From Candidatus Marinamargulisbacteria bacterium (GTDB lineage Bacteria > Margulisbacteria > Marinamargulisbacteria > UBA817), in NCBI GenBank assembly GCA_049889215.1, contig JBMHDV010000020.1, positions 77,279 to 141,278 of the forward strand: DNA of 64,000 nucleotides, read 5' to 3'. The translations under genes and the position numbers were made by a program. Position 1 is the stretch's first letter, and every line of letters begins with the position of its first letter. The notes beneath the pieces were generated by a model that worked only from the letters and a program-made list of their open reading frames with translations, searched no databases and was not told where the DNA came from. Below, one piece after another: positions 53,057-63,642 of this stretch.

Positions 53057-55186
53057 TTGAACTTAAATCAGCAACAAGAAGCCGCCGTACTACACTATGG
53101 AACCCCACAAGTCATTATTGCAGGAGCAGGCACGGGTAAAACAACAGTAATGATCGAAAAAATTAGTTACTTGATTAATTCAGGCAAACATTCAGCTGAT
53201 CAGATTTTAGCCTTAACCTTTACCAATAAAGCCGCAAATGAAATGAAAGAACGGTTTAAGTCCAAACACCCTACAGATAGTCAACCAACATTCGGAACGT
53301 TTCACTCATTTTGTTTGCGATTTTTAAAAGCATCCGAATGGTTGAATAGCATTGGTATTAAACCTGGGTTTACAATAATTGATTCCCAACAACAACGGGA
53401 ATTAGTAACACAGTTAAGTAAAAATACCCCATCTCTCGGTAGAAAACCAAAAGATATCCTATCCCAAATCTCCAAAATAAAGCAATTACCTCACCATATG
53501 CACAGTGAAGCCCTGAGCAGTGCGGCAAGCGATATTCAAGCCATATTTAAGCCGTATAACACAGCATTAAGAGACCGTAACTGTTTAGATTTTGATGATT
53601 TATTATTATTTACTTATCAAATTCTAGCAACACAACCCGAAGCTCTAGAAAAAATACAATCAAAATTTAAATTCATTATTATTGATGAGTATCAGGACAC
53701 CAATCAAATTCAAAATGATATCAGTATTTTATTAGCCAAATCACATGAAAACATATGCGTAGTTGGTGACTTTGATCAAACAATCTATTCTTGGAGAGGT
53801 GCTAAAATTGAAAACTTATTATCATTTAATCACATTTTTCCAACTGCGATTGTGCAGAAACTGGAACATAATTATCGATCAACAAAAGAGATTTTAACCA
53901 CTGCAAATCAATTAATTGAATGCAATTCTAACCGACAACCAAAAAAACTAATTTCTGATCGTGTAAGCAACAACGTTCCTGAACAAATCATCTGTTTTGA
54001 TGAACGTGAAGAAGCTGAAACGATTGCTTTAAAAATAAAAAAGTTAGTTAATGACAACAGATATCAATTAAATGATTTTGCGATTTTATATCGAACAAAT
54101 CAACAATCTAGAGCGATTGAAGAATGTTTAACCTTCCATAACATTCCACACCACATCGTTGGAACAACACCGTTCTATCAACGCATAGAAGTAAAATCTG
54201 CAATTGCATTTTTGCAATGCCTTCATAACTTAAACCAACCTGTGTGGTTTGAAAAGGCAATGTTAACGCCCAGCAGAGGAATTGGGAAGACCTCACTAGA
54301 AAAAATTATTGAATTTACAATTAAACACAAATGCACCATTGAAGAAGCATTAACACATCCTGAATGCCCACTTCAAAATCGATTTGTCTCGATTATAGAG
54401 ACCTTTATCAAATCAATAAAAGACATTAATTCTGAAAACATTTCGATAAGTGAAAAACTAGATAAAATTTTAACCGCTGTTAATTTTGATCAACACTTGA
54501 GAAAATTAGAAAATACGCAAGATAGATACGACAACATTCAAGAATTAAAAAGTAAACTTAAAGATATTAAATCGCTTGAAAACTTTTTAGAAGACATCAC
54601 ACTTTTTCAAGGAAGTGATGAAGATAATTCAACAGGAAAAGTTCGTTGTTTAACATTGCACTTAGCAAAAGGCCTTGAATTTCCCGTTGTCTTTATCCCA
54701 GGGTTTGAGGAACGTTTACTCCCATTGCATAATTCTGAGTCCATCGAAGAGGAACGCCGACTGGCCTACGTTGGTATTACTCGGGGTAAAGATAAAGTAA
54801 TATTATTATCAACATATAAACGCACACTACTTGGTGAAGACTGGTATCATAATCCATCAAAGTTTACAAAAGAAATCAAAGATTCAATCAAGGTATTTCT
54901 TACTGAAAAAGCTGACCACATGGGGCGTGCTATTCGCTTTAAACTAGAAAATGAAAATATCAATTTCGATGTTATTCAATCGCAAAAACCCAAACGAAAT
55001 ACGATTCAAGCAACACAAGCAACTTTTGATATTTTCAACGTTGGCGACGTAATCTCACACGCTACACTGGGTACCGGTATCATCGAAAAAACATCTGGAA
55101 CGGGTGACTCACTCATGTACGACATATCATTTCATTCAGGAAAAAAGAAACTCATGGCAAAATTCGCTAAACTTCAAAGGCAATAA
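53057..55186 (+). CDS. uvrD: UvrD/PcrA/Rep-family ATP-dependent DNA helicase
   Basis: AGAGTGKTT Walker A, DEYQDTNQ motif and the C-terminal Tudor-like FNVGDVISHATLGTGII... region. I cannot separate UvrD from PcrA by eye. Confidence 0.85.
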   Translation: MNLNQQQEAAVLHYGTPQVIIAGAGTGKTTVMIEKISYLINSGKHSADQILALTFTNKAANEMKERFKSKHPTDSQPTFGTFHSFCLRFLKASEWLNSIGIKPGFTIIDSQQQRELVTQLSKNTPSLGRKPKDILSQISKIKQLPHHMHSEALSSAASDIQAIFKPYNTALRDRNCLDFDDLLLFTYQILATQPEALEKIQSKFKFIIIDEYQDTNQIQNDISILLAKSHENICVVGDFDQTIYSWRGAKIENLLSFNHIFPTAIVQKLEHNYRSTKEILTTANQLIECNSNRQPKKLISDRVSNNVPEQIICFDEREEAETIALKIKKLVNDNRYQLNDFAILYRTNQQSRAIEECLTFHNIPHHIVGTTPFYQRIEVKSAIAFLQCLHNLNQPVWFEKAMLTPSRGIGKTSLEKIIEFTIKHKCTIEEALTHPECPLQNRFVSIIETFIKSIKDINSENISISEKLDKILTAVNFDQHLRKLENTQDRYDNIQELKSKLKDIKSLENFLEDITLFQGSDEDNSTGKVRCLTLHLAKGLEFPVVFIPGFEERLLPLHNSESIEEERRLAYVGITRGKDKVILLSTYKRTLLGEDWYHNPSKFTKEIKDSIKVFLTEKADHMGRAIRFKLENENINFDVIQSQKPKRNTIQATQATFDIFNVGDVISHATLGTGIIEKTSGTGDSLMYDISFHSGKKKLMAKFAKLQRQ

Positions 55187-56553
55187 TGAAACAGCTTGAA
55201 ACTCATATTATTAATACAAAAAAAATTCGCTTCTTTCACGGATTCAGTAATGTACAACTACATCAATTTGATCAAATAAGAACTGAACTACTTCATAAAT
55301 TTGATAGATTAAAAGATGGATCCATTCTAAATGAAACCGAAAAAAGACGCATCACACATCACAAAATTCGAGAAGAATCACAAATCCAAACAACACTCAA
55401 ACAATTAAGTCATCTTGAGGAAAAAATAAATGAACAATCGTTCACAACCATTTGCCATATTGGGATTGGGGGATCGATTACGGGCCCACAATTTTTGGAT
55501 CACACAATGAGCACTTGGAACTTCAATAAAATGAGAACACCCCTATTTATTAATAATCATGATGAAGACCATATTAACCAAGCACTAAATGGAACCCAAA
55601 TAAGTAAAACGTTATTTATAATAGTAACCAAATCTGGCAGTACCATAGAAATTCAAAAAATTATTGATTATATTTGTGTCTTAAGCAACATCAATAAAGC
55701 AGACTTCTTAAAAAATCAATGCATTGCTGTAACATCAAATGAAACAAAACTAGATCCAACTGACTTTTACAAAACACTATATTTTGATTCAGGTATTGGA
55801 GGACGATTTTCTACCACAAGCATTGTGTCTCTTTTAACACTTAGCCTTGTTTATGGAAAAAAAATTATTGAACCATTTCTAACTGGTGCACAAGATGGGG
55901 ATAAAAATGCATCACAAAATGATATTAATAATCTTGCTCTAAGCATGGCAATAATTCGTAACCAACAACAGCAAAAATTTTCAGGATTAGCATGCATTCC
56001 ATATGGTGAAGCATTGTCAAAATTACCACCCTTTCTTTCACAGTTAACCTGCGAAAGTTTGGGAAAAGGTGCCACAAATAATAATCAACAAACCACTCAA
56101 CAGTTTTCACCGATTTTAATGACAGGAGTGGGCCCAAACGCACAACACACATTCTTTCAACAAATTCACCAAGGGAACCCTATTATTCCTGTGGACTTTT
56201 ATATTACTGCCCCTAACAAACCCAATCAGGAGCACCAACTCAAACAATTAATTGGACAATCCATTAGCTTGTATGAAGGACAACAAGATACCAACCCTCA
56301 TCACTACTTTTCTGGAAACCGACCTTCAACCATTACATATCTAAAGGATAGATCATTAGAAACCTTAGGATTTTTTATTTCATGCCTAGAAAATCGAATC
56401 ATGTTTGAAGGGTTTTTGAATAATATTAACTGCTTTGATCAGCCTGGTGTTGAACTTGGGAAGCAAACAACAAAAAACATCGAATCTGCCCCATCATCGA
56501 CGGGGCGATTACTGCTTCAGTCTTTAACAAATGATTTGGACGTAAAAAAATAA
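55186..56553 (+). CDS. pgi: Glucose-6-phosphate isomerase (divergent, with Gln/Asn-rich insertions)
   Basis: HIGIGGSITGP and IVTKSGSTIE SIS signatures plus the C-terminal GVGPNAQHTFFQQIHQGNPIIPVDF catalytic region. Confidence 0.8.
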   Translation: MKQLETHIINTKKIRFFHGFSNVQLHQFDQIRTELLHKFDRLKDGSILNETEKRRITHHKIREESQIQTTLKQLSHLEEKINEQSFTTICHIGIGGSITGPQFLDHTMSTWNFNKMRTPLFINNHDEDHINQALNGTQISKTLFIIVTKSGSTIEIQKIIDYICVLSNINKADFLKNQCIAVTSNETKLDPTDFYKTLYFDSGIGGRFSTTSIVSLLTLSLVYGKKIIEPFLTGAQDGDKNASQNDINNLALSMAIIRNQQQQKFSGLACIPYGEALSKLPPFLSQLTCESLGKGATNNNQQTTQQFSPILMTGVGPNAQHTFFQQIHQGNPIIPVDFYITAPNKPNQEHQLKQLIGQSISLYEGQQDTNPHHYFSGNRPSTITYLKDRSLETLGFFISCLENRIMFEGFLNNINCFDQPGVELGKQTTKNIESAPSSTGRLLLQSLTNDLDVKK

Positions 56554-57224
56554 ATCAACGAATGAACTAAACGGCCCAATCGGAATGGTTCTCGAATCAT
56601 CCGATACAACCATTCAAATCCCAGTAAACGAAATAAAAATGGGGCTCGTTGAGTACGTCCAGACCAAACATCGAAAGATCCACCAACGCCAATAGCAACG
56701 CCTTGATTGAGCACTTTAGATGCCTGATGAATAATTTCATCTTGTTTTGGACAACCACAAGCAACCAAAATCAAATCTGGTTTAGCCTCCTTTAAACAAT
56801 TAAAATCATCTTGGGTTAACAATTCATACCCATTTCTTTTAAATACCACATTATGCCCAATAGATTTTACCCACCCGATAGCTCCCATCAAACTTTGATC
56901 CGTGGAACCTATCATGGCAACATTAAATTTAGTTTCTGCGTTTTGTAACAGTTTTTTTACCATATCAATGCCTGGAAACCGTTGAACAAAACGAAATTTA
57001 CCGAATAACAATAGAATTGCAATTCCAATACCATCAACCGTAAAAAGAGCATGTTGTTTTAACCATTTAAGTAATCCAGGTGAATGCGCACCAAACATCG
57101 TAATATTAAATGTAACAACTGGAAGAAAACCGTTCTGATTTTTTATATGATCCAACAAATGTGCTGTAATTTTTTTTGGCGCCGCTGTTAAAATTGGAAT
57201 CGATCTAAGCTGACAATGCTGCAT
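56517..57224 (-). CDS. WecB/TagA/CpsF-family glycosyltransferase
   Basis: VACGCPKQDE, GVGGSFDVWSG, RAP and EWLYR motifs characteristic of N-acetylmannosaminyltransferases. Confidence 0.85.
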   Translation of the reverse strand: MQHCQLRSIPILTAAPKKITAHLLDHIKNQNGFLPVVTFNITMFGAHSPGLLKWLKQHALFTVDGIGIAILLLFGKFRFVQRFPGIDMVKKLLQNAETKFNVAMIGSTDQSLMGAIGWVKSIGHNVVFKRNGYELLTQDDFNCLKEAKPDLILVACGCPKQDEIIHQASKVLNQGVAIGVGGSFDVWSGRTQRAPFLFRLLGFEWLYRMIREPFRLGRLVHSLIYFFTSKSFVKD

Positions 57225-58116
57225 ATAACCAATCCTTAATTAAAGAACGCTGTGCAATACATGCATCAATATCATAAGTTCGATCTTGCGTAAATTCAAA
57301 TTTATGAGTTGAGTTTAAAAATTGTTCCATTGAGGAATAACAAGGCTGACCAAATGACGCTGCCAATGCTATTAATTTAGGATCTCCTGAAACACCAACC
57401 CAAAAAATTGAATGGCGAATTGCCCAAACAGCTGAATGAAACCGATCCGTAATTAAAATTGATACCGACGTTGAGTTAGCATCCCAGATATCCGCTAAAT
57501 AAACCCCCTTATTTTTTGGATGATCATCATTATCTATACTAATAATAGGCTCAGAAATAGCTAATTTTTCTTGTAATCTTTTTTCATCAAATGCATGTCT
57601 TAATGCAACTCCAATACAATTTAATTGTGGTTTTTTGCAATTATCAATGGGCTCAGTAAGTGTAAGATCACAAAAAGTGGCATCTTGATCAAACTGTGGA
57701 TCATCCATTCGAAGCCGCCATGAACGATATGCATCCTTTAAAATAATACGAGCTATCGATTGATGCCATTGCGAACGAAACGGGCCCCAGCCATGACAAA
57801 GTAAAATTACTTTACAGCCAAATAATCTAGCCAACAATACGATAAATAAATAAAACATCAATGATCGACAACTTGTCCCTGATTGAAACACACTCCCACC
57901 TCCAAAAATCAAATATGAAGACTGGTTCAAATGCATTGCCCAATGAAAAATATTCCACCGGTTAAAAGAAGGGAAAGGCGTAGAGCGTGGCCCATTAGCA
58001 ACAACATAATTGATTGAAATGGGTAACTCTTTGATTATTCGAATTGAAGTATCCAACAACTGTTCATCGCCGGTATTCCCAAAACCATAATAACCAAATA
58101 GTATAGCGGTCGTCAT
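57205..58116 (-). CDS. Polysaccharide pyruvyl transferase (CsaB/WcaK-like)
   Basis: N-terminal GYYGFGNTGDE motif typical of the family; 303 aa. Confidence 0.7.
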   Translation of the reverse strand: MTTAILFGYYGFGNTGDEQLLDTSIRIIKELPISINYVVANGPRSTPFPSFNRWNIFHWAMHLNQSSYLIFGGGSVFQSGTSCRSLMFYLFIVLLARLFGCKVILLCHGWGPFRSQWHQSIARIILKDAYRSWRLRMDDPQFDQDATFCDLTLTEPIDNCKKPQLNCIGVALRHAFDEKRLQEKLAISEPIISIDNDDHPKNKGVYLADIWDANSTSVSILITDRFHSAVWAIRHSIFWVGVSGDPKLIALAASFGQPCYSSMEQFLNSTHKFEFTQDRTYDIDACIAQRSLIKDWLYAALSA

Positions 58117-58125
58117 TATTTGTGG

Positions 58126-60357
58126 CTATTTCGTTAATTTCAATAACCGTAATACCGCTGGCAACAATACAATATCAGACAGAAATGCCAACGCAATTGC
58201 GATCATTGTGAACAAACCAAACTTTTGTAAGATAACAAGATTAGCTAATCCAAGGACCCCAAAACCTAACCCAAGAATAATCGAAGTTAAAAATAACGGT
58301 TTAAACATCACTTGGGACGTCATAATCGCCGGAAAGGGCTCACCACGTCGCTTGGCGTATTGAAAATAATGCAACCAATGGATAGTATCATCAACACACA
58401 AACCCAACGTAACACTAGAAATTAAAACAGTAGCAAAATCAAATGGGGTATTGGTCATCGGTAATAAACTTAAGGTCAAAATCATAGGCACGATATTGGG
58501 AATCATACCCAACGTACCAATACGAAGCCCAAATAATGCAATAAATAAAATCCAAATGAATGTTAACGTAATAAGAACAGTTATAAATTGAGATTCCAAA
58601 ACATATTCACCAAGAACATACGATAAAAATTGAGATCCTGTTATTGATACGTCACCATAATCAACATTGGCAAATGTTGTCTTTAAAAAAGCAATGACTT
58701 CCTTAATTTTAGATGTTGATAATTGGTCAGTAATAAATTCAATTCGAGTATTTTGATAATTAAAATCAACAACTGAGCTTAGCACATCTGTTTTGGTTTC
58801 ACCTCGATCAAATTCTAAAAATAATAGCTCCTGCTCTAGTTGCTCATCAGAACTTGGAAATGCTGTTTTTGATTCATCAAACGCTTGATGAATCATACCA
58901 ACTGGAATAGTCATATCATTCACCGCTTTTAACAACGGAAGCCCAAGTGATGATGTGACTCTCTGACGCACATCCTGAAAAACATCCAATGATTTAAACG
59001 TATCAACAGAATTTGAACGAATAAGTACATCCAAACGACCACTACCAGTTAAGTGAGTATCAACCTTAGAGACATGTTGCCTAACAATATGGTCAGGCTT
59101 AAAAAATACTGAAATAAAACTGGTTTCAGTTTCTAGCACCCAAAGCCATTGAGCCATACCCAATGTAAGAATAAATGATAAAATAACCACCCATCGTGTT
59201 TTTGACTGAACAAGAGATAAGACCACCTTTGTTACTTTTGGAAAAAATTCAATATCTTTCGCAGAACCAACTCGGGGAGGAATCAGACGCAACAAAAATG
59301 GAACAAATGTCATCACAATCACATACGCAATTAACATAACAAAAAATGATTGTATACCATATTGGTTTAACGGAATAATCGAACTTGTTGCAAAGCTACC
59401 AAACCCAACTGCTGTTGTAATAGAGGTAATAAAACATGGGAGCCATGTAGCACGAATAGTTTCTGAGATTGGAAACTTATTTTTTTCTAGTACAAAGCGT
59501 TCCCAATAATTTAGCATATGAATGGCATCAGCAACGGTAATAACCAACGTTAAAATAAATAATGTAACGTTAATAATTGTAATGTAATGCCCAAGCATAA
59601 CAATAACAATTGGAACAATACCTAAATTAACAAATGTTGGAATAATAACAATAAAAACAGACCGCCACTGTCGTAAAAATAAAAAAGAAACCAAAATTAG
59701 CAATAAAAAAGCAATGGGTAAGAGGGTCATTAAATTCATTCGTGTAGCCAAATCCATTTCGTAATACAAAGATGCATCACCAGATACGAATGCCTCCAAA
59801 TGCTGCGGAAGTTGATCTACAAAATCATAAATAGATTCAATAACGCTAACCCGTCGCTGCAAATCATTCCCGTCATTTTTCTTTTCTATGGAAACATTAA
59901 TCCCAACATATTGATAATCATCTGATAAAAGTTTGCCAAAATAAGGACTTTCTTGAAACAAGTTTTGGTATTCAGTAAGTGAGGCTATATTCCCCTGAGC
60001 CAATGCATCCTCATAAGTTTGAATGGTTAACAAGTCATCATTTTGAATGATAACAGTGGCATCCAAAGGTGAATTTAGTTTAAAAACATAAGGCAACTGT
60101 GCAACTTTATTTTTAAAGCCTTGAACAAAATCAATTGACTCCTGATTAAAAAATGAGTTTGGAAAACGCAACACTATCAGACTTCCAAACCCTGGTTGAA
60201 ATTCCTTTTCTAAATAATTTAAATCACGTTGATATTGATTTTCTTCTGGCAGCCAATAATCATTATTAAACTCCAGCATTGGCATGACGTTTACCAACAG
60301 CCCTATAAATAAAACAATGGCTAAACCGATTAAATACTTTACATATCGAAATGACAT
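58126..60357 (-). CDS. MMPL/RND-superfamily exporter (two 6-TM sterol-sensing-like modules)
   Basis: 743 aa with two hydrophobic 6-helix bundles separated by soluble periplasmic-type domains, in the arrangement typical of RND/MMPL lipid or polymer exporters. Confidence 0.75.
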   Translation of the reverse strand: MSFRYVKYLIGLAIVLFIGLLVNVMPMLEFNNDYWLPEENQYQRDLNYLEKEFQPGFGSLIVLRFPNSFFNQESIDFVQGFKNKVAQLPYVFKLNSPLDATVIIQNDDLLTIQTYEDALAQGNIASLTEYQNLFQESPYFGKLLSDDYQYVGINVSIEKKNDGNDLQRRVSVIESIYDFVDQLPQHLEAFVSGDASLYYEMDLATRMNLMTLLPIAFLLLILVSFLFLRQWRSVFIVIIPTFVNLGIVPIVIVMLGHYITIINVTLFILTLVITVADAIHMLNYWERFVLEKNKFPISETIRATWLPCFITSITTAVGFGSFATSSIIPLNQYGIQSFFVMLIAYVIVMTFVPFLLRLIPPRVGSAKDIEFFPKVTKVVLSLVQSKTRWVVILSFILTLGMAQWLWVLETETSFISVFFKPDHIVRQHVSKVDTHLTGSGRLDVLIRSNSVDTFKSLDVFQDVRQRVTSSLGLPLLKAVNDMTIPVGMIHQAFDESKTAFPSSDEQLEQELLFLEFDRGETKTDVLSSVVDFNYQNTRIEFITDQLSTSKIKEVIAFLKTTFANVDYGDVSITGSQFLSYVLGEYVLESQFITVLITLTFIWILFIALFGLRIGTLGMIPNIVPMILTLSLLPMTNTPFDFATVLISSVTLGLCVDDTIHWLHYFQYAKRRGEPFPAIMTSQVMFKPLFLTSIILGLGFGVLGLANLVILQKFGLFTMIAIALAFLSDIVLLPAVLRLLKLTK

Positions 60358-61847
60358 TATAATTTGTAGCCTAAACCAAACGTTAATTTCGGTTCAATAA
60401 ATTTATAATTTTTATACTCTCCATCAACCGATTCATTATTGTTTTCATTATTTGACAACAATGCAAAATCTGAAAAATTAAAACCAGCATCTGCAGATAA
60501 CCCCCACGACAACGATTCATTAATTTGATTGGACAAATATACGAACATTCCCAATGATCCAGTAAAGTATCCTAATGCTACCCCATATGCACCTTTTTTC
60601 TCCTCACTTAAATAACGTCCAATGTTTATAGTAGGAAAGAACGGGATTTGAACAAATTCAAGCTCACCATAAATAGATTCGTACTCGTTCCAAAAATCAC
60701 TCATTGAAGGGTTTTTGAAATAACTGATATTCATCAAATACAAGTTATAGAACCAATTGTCGAAATCAGCATCAATACCTACGGCATAAAAGGCCTGATA
60801 AACAGGTATTGTGTCATACCCGTTATTATATTTATTTATTGCATCAATAATGGGCTGTGTTGTTAATTGAAAATAATCTAAATAATAAAAATCATCTGAA
60901 ACCGTGGCTTCAGCTTTTAAACTCATTTTCCCCATCGGAATACTAACCTCTACCCCATAACCGGTCTTTGGATAGTAGCCATACTCATTTTGAAAAGAAA
61001 AGCTTCTTATGCCCTCGGAACCCAAATACTTTTGACGAAATACAGGAAAAACATTATTAAATCCTTGATAGTAAGTAAATGCCGCTGTCATGAACGATGA
61101 GTACCAAGATAGTCGCGCTGCTGAAGAAGACTGTTTATTTCCTGAAGGAAGAACTTTAGTTGTATAATACTTCTCACCATTATATTCCGTATAAAATTCA
61201 CCCAACTGAATTGTTTTAAATAAATCACTCTCTTCATAGGTAGGGAAAAAATAGCCACTCAACTCTACATTAGATAATGGGTAATATAGCACCTTAAATG
61301 TTGTTTGAGGCATTCTATTATCTGCTTTAACCAAAGAAAAACCCATGGGGTTAATATCAATGGGTAATAAAAAATCAACTGGAGAAAAAATATCGAGTTG
61401 GCCCCATACATTGGTTTGACGACCAGCTGAAATGGTTAAATTTTTAATAGGGTAAAAATCAAAATATGCTTGCCGAAATGAGAATGAACTATATTTTAAA
61501 TCCATTTCCCCTAATGATTTAATCTCACCTGTATTACTTTCTATCAATTCGTATTTGGTACGAACCAAATTCTGACGATACGCCCCTTCTAGCACGACCT
61601 TCATATTCTCAAAATGCTCACTATAACCAAGCTTAAATTCAGATGCGATTCTTGAATGGTTCGACCCCATAGAATACATACCAACAATTGATCCATAAAA
61701 ATGTTCATCCCAATAAGTTGAAAATGATTGTTTATAAACAGGCGCTATTTCAACAACTTCAACATCATCAACTTCGCCCCAATCATCATCTAATTGAGAA
61801 AAAGCAAACACTGGTATTAATAAAAGGATAAAAAGAAATCGAATCAT
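60357..61847 (-). CDS. Outer-membrane beta-barrel protein (DUF1302-like), partner of the LolA-like/MMPL exporter genes
   Basis: Signal peptide MIRFLFILLLIPVFAFS, alternating amphipathic beta-strand pattern rich in Tyr/Gly, and a terminal ...TFGLGYKL. Adjacent to the MMPL and LolA-like genes. Confidence 0.55.
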   Translation of the reverse strand: MIRFLFILLLIPVFAFSQLDDDWGEVDDVEVVEIAPVYKQSFSTYWDEHFYGSIVGMYSMGSNHSRIASEFKLGYSEHFENMKVVLEGAYRQNLVRTKYELIESNTGEIKSLGEMDLKYSSFSFRQAYFDFYPIKNLTISAGRQTNVWGQLDIFSPVDFLLPIDINPMGFSLVKADNRMPQTTFKVLYYPLSNVELSGYFFPTYEESDLFKTIQLGEFYTEYNGEKYYTTKVLPSGNKQSSSAARLSWYSSFMTAAFTYYQGFNNVFPVFRQKYLGSEGIRSFSFQNEYGYYPKTGYGVEVSIPMGKMSLKAEATVSDDFYYLDYFQLTTQPIIDAINKYNNGYDTIPVYQAFYAVGIDADFDNWFYNLYLMNISYFKNPSMSDFWNEYESIYGELEFVQIPFFPTINIGRYLSEEKKGAYGVALGYFTGSLGMFVYLSNQINESLSWGLSADAGFNFSDFALLSNNENNNESVDGEYKNYKFIEPKLTFGLGYKL

Positions 61848-61849
61848 TA

Positions 61850-62596
61850 CTATTGCGACTTAAGCCCTTTAATAGACAATAAGTCATCTTTAATTTCAAG
61901 CCCAACATCCATAGAGCTCACATTTAATTCTGTTTTACCTTTGGTTTGATGGTTAATCATTTCAGAATACATCACAACATTAACATCATTTACTATCGAA
62001 ATTTTTGAATTAGATAATGTTTTTAACTTTTTTCCCTCTAAATCATAAAAAATAGCTTTATTAATGACATTATATTTTTTACTAATAACATACCGTATTT
62101 TAGAATAAATAGAATCATCAATATCCTTGGGAATACTTTCAACATAATAATAATGATCTGTGTCTTTAATTAATTTGTGGTCATCTTGAGTTAGTTTTCG
62201 ACCAGCAATATCTGAATAAGTAAAATCACTACCCATAAAACTTTTATTCTTATCTGAGGAACTTAATCGCTTTACCGATTTAAATGCTGGTAAATAAACC
62301 CATTGACTTTTAGAGTCGTGATCTGTGTTAGAATTCGTTAACAGAGACGTTCCCTTAACATTTTTAGGTCGAAAAAATTTAATTAAGCTATCCTCTCGAC
62401 TAAGTTTATATTTTGTCCAATAATTGAAAAAACGAACACGTTCACGATCTTGATCATCATAAATCTTCATGTGTACAACTGCTTTACGAGTATTCTTTTT
62501 TTGGGATTCTTTTTGCACCAACGTCATAACATCTAAACCCGACATTGCAAAAACATGGTTAACCATTAACAACAAACAAATAAAAGAACGAACCAA
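61850..62596 (-). CDS. Outer membrane lipoprotein-sorting (LolA-like) protein, paralog 1
   Basis: FMGSDFTYSDIAGRK hallmark motif of the LolA-like family; 248 aa with a signal peptide. Confidence 0.7.
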   Translation of the reverse strand: MVRSFICLLLMVNHVFAMSGLDVMTLVQKESQKKNTRKAVVHMKIYDDQDRERVRFFNYWTKYKLSREDSLIKFFRPKNVKGTSLLTNSNTDHDSKSQWVYLPAFKSVKRLSSSDKNKSFMGSDFTYSDIAGRKLTQDDHKLIKDTDHYYYVESIPKDIDDSIYSKIRYVISKKYNVINKAIFYDLEGKKLKTLSNSKISIVNDVNVVMYSEMINHQTKGKTELNVSSMDVGLEIKDDLLSIKGLKSQ

Positions 62597-62840
62597 ATTT
62601 ACACCTCTAAATTTAAATCAAATAACCCTTACATTACCTAATTTCTTACGTTAGTTCAAATAATAATTTCGAAAGAAAAACCAAATTCTACACGACATTG
62701 CACTTGGAAAAAAGAACTCATTAAAGAATATGAAATTTGAAATCGATCAAATCAGAAAACACACCCTCATTGCTTTGGTTGGTAAACAAACCGGAAGCAT
62801 AACGTATGATTTAAATTAAAAGTAGCTATTCGGCATCACG

Positions 62841-63593
62841 CTATAATGATTTTAAGCCCTTAATCGACATTAAGTCATTTTTTATTGGTTCACCAATGGT
62901 CATCGATTCCACGTTTAGAAATGTCTTTCCACCCGTAATATGATTTTCCATTTCAGAGAGCATAACAACGTAAACACCATTAATAGTTGAAACTTTTGTT
63001 GAAACAAGTGATTTTAAACGAACACCCTTGCGATCGAAAAAAATAGCTTTGGAAATAATATTAAATTTTTTATGAACAACATAAAGTATTCGACTGTAGA
63101 TTGCCTTTTTAGGATCCACAGGAGTGCTCTCAATAAAATAATAATTGCCCTCCTCTTTCACCAATTTATGATTATCTTGAGATAGCTTTCGCCCAGCAAT
63201 ATCTGAATACGTAAAGTCACTACCCATAAAACTTTTATTGCTATCAGATGAACTCAATTGACGAACTGACTTAAATGCAGGCAGATAAATCCATTGAACC
63301 TTTGGGCCTTCTTTAACTTTTGACTCGGTGAATAATGCTGTACCTTTTACATTCTTGGGGCGAAAAAACTTAATTAGACTTTTCTCGTTTTCAGGCGAGG
63401 ACTTGGTCCAATAATTAAAAAAACGACGCCGCTCACGTCCATCTTTATCAAAAATTTTCATTGTAATCACAGCAAATCGAGTTTGCTTCTTCTGTGACTC
63501 TTTTTGAACCAACCTCATAACATCCAACCCTGACATAGAAAAGCACGACAAGGAAGTTAAATAAATCGCAAACACCATAACTTTTAATTGCAT
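62841..63593 (-). CDS. Outer membrane lipoprotein-sorting (LolA-like) protein, paralog 2
   Basis: 250 aa, about 60% identical to the 61850-62596 product and with the same FMGSDFTYSDIAGRK motif, so a tandem duplicate. Confidence 0.7.
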   Translation of the reverse strand: MQLKVMVFAIYLTSLSCFSMSGLDVMRLVQKESQKKQTRFAVITMKIFDKDGRERRRFFNYWTKSSPENEKSLIKFFRPKNVKGTALFTESKVKEGPKVQWIYLPAFKSVRQLSSSDSNKSFMGSDFTYSDIAGRKLSQDNHKLVKEEGNYYFIESTPVDPKKAIYSRILYVVHKKFNIISKAIFFDRKGVRLKSLVSTKVSTINGVYVVMLSEMENHITGGKTFLNVESMTIGEPIKNDLMSIKGLKSL

Positions 63594-63642
63594 TGTAATT
63601 CCTCGTCAGATTTATTTTACATCAATTGATTATGACTGTGAA

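Noticed and set aside
55900-56152. Minus-strand ORFs (74 and 75 aa) inside pgi.
   Set aside because: They are antisense to a conserved catalytic region of pgi. Spurious.
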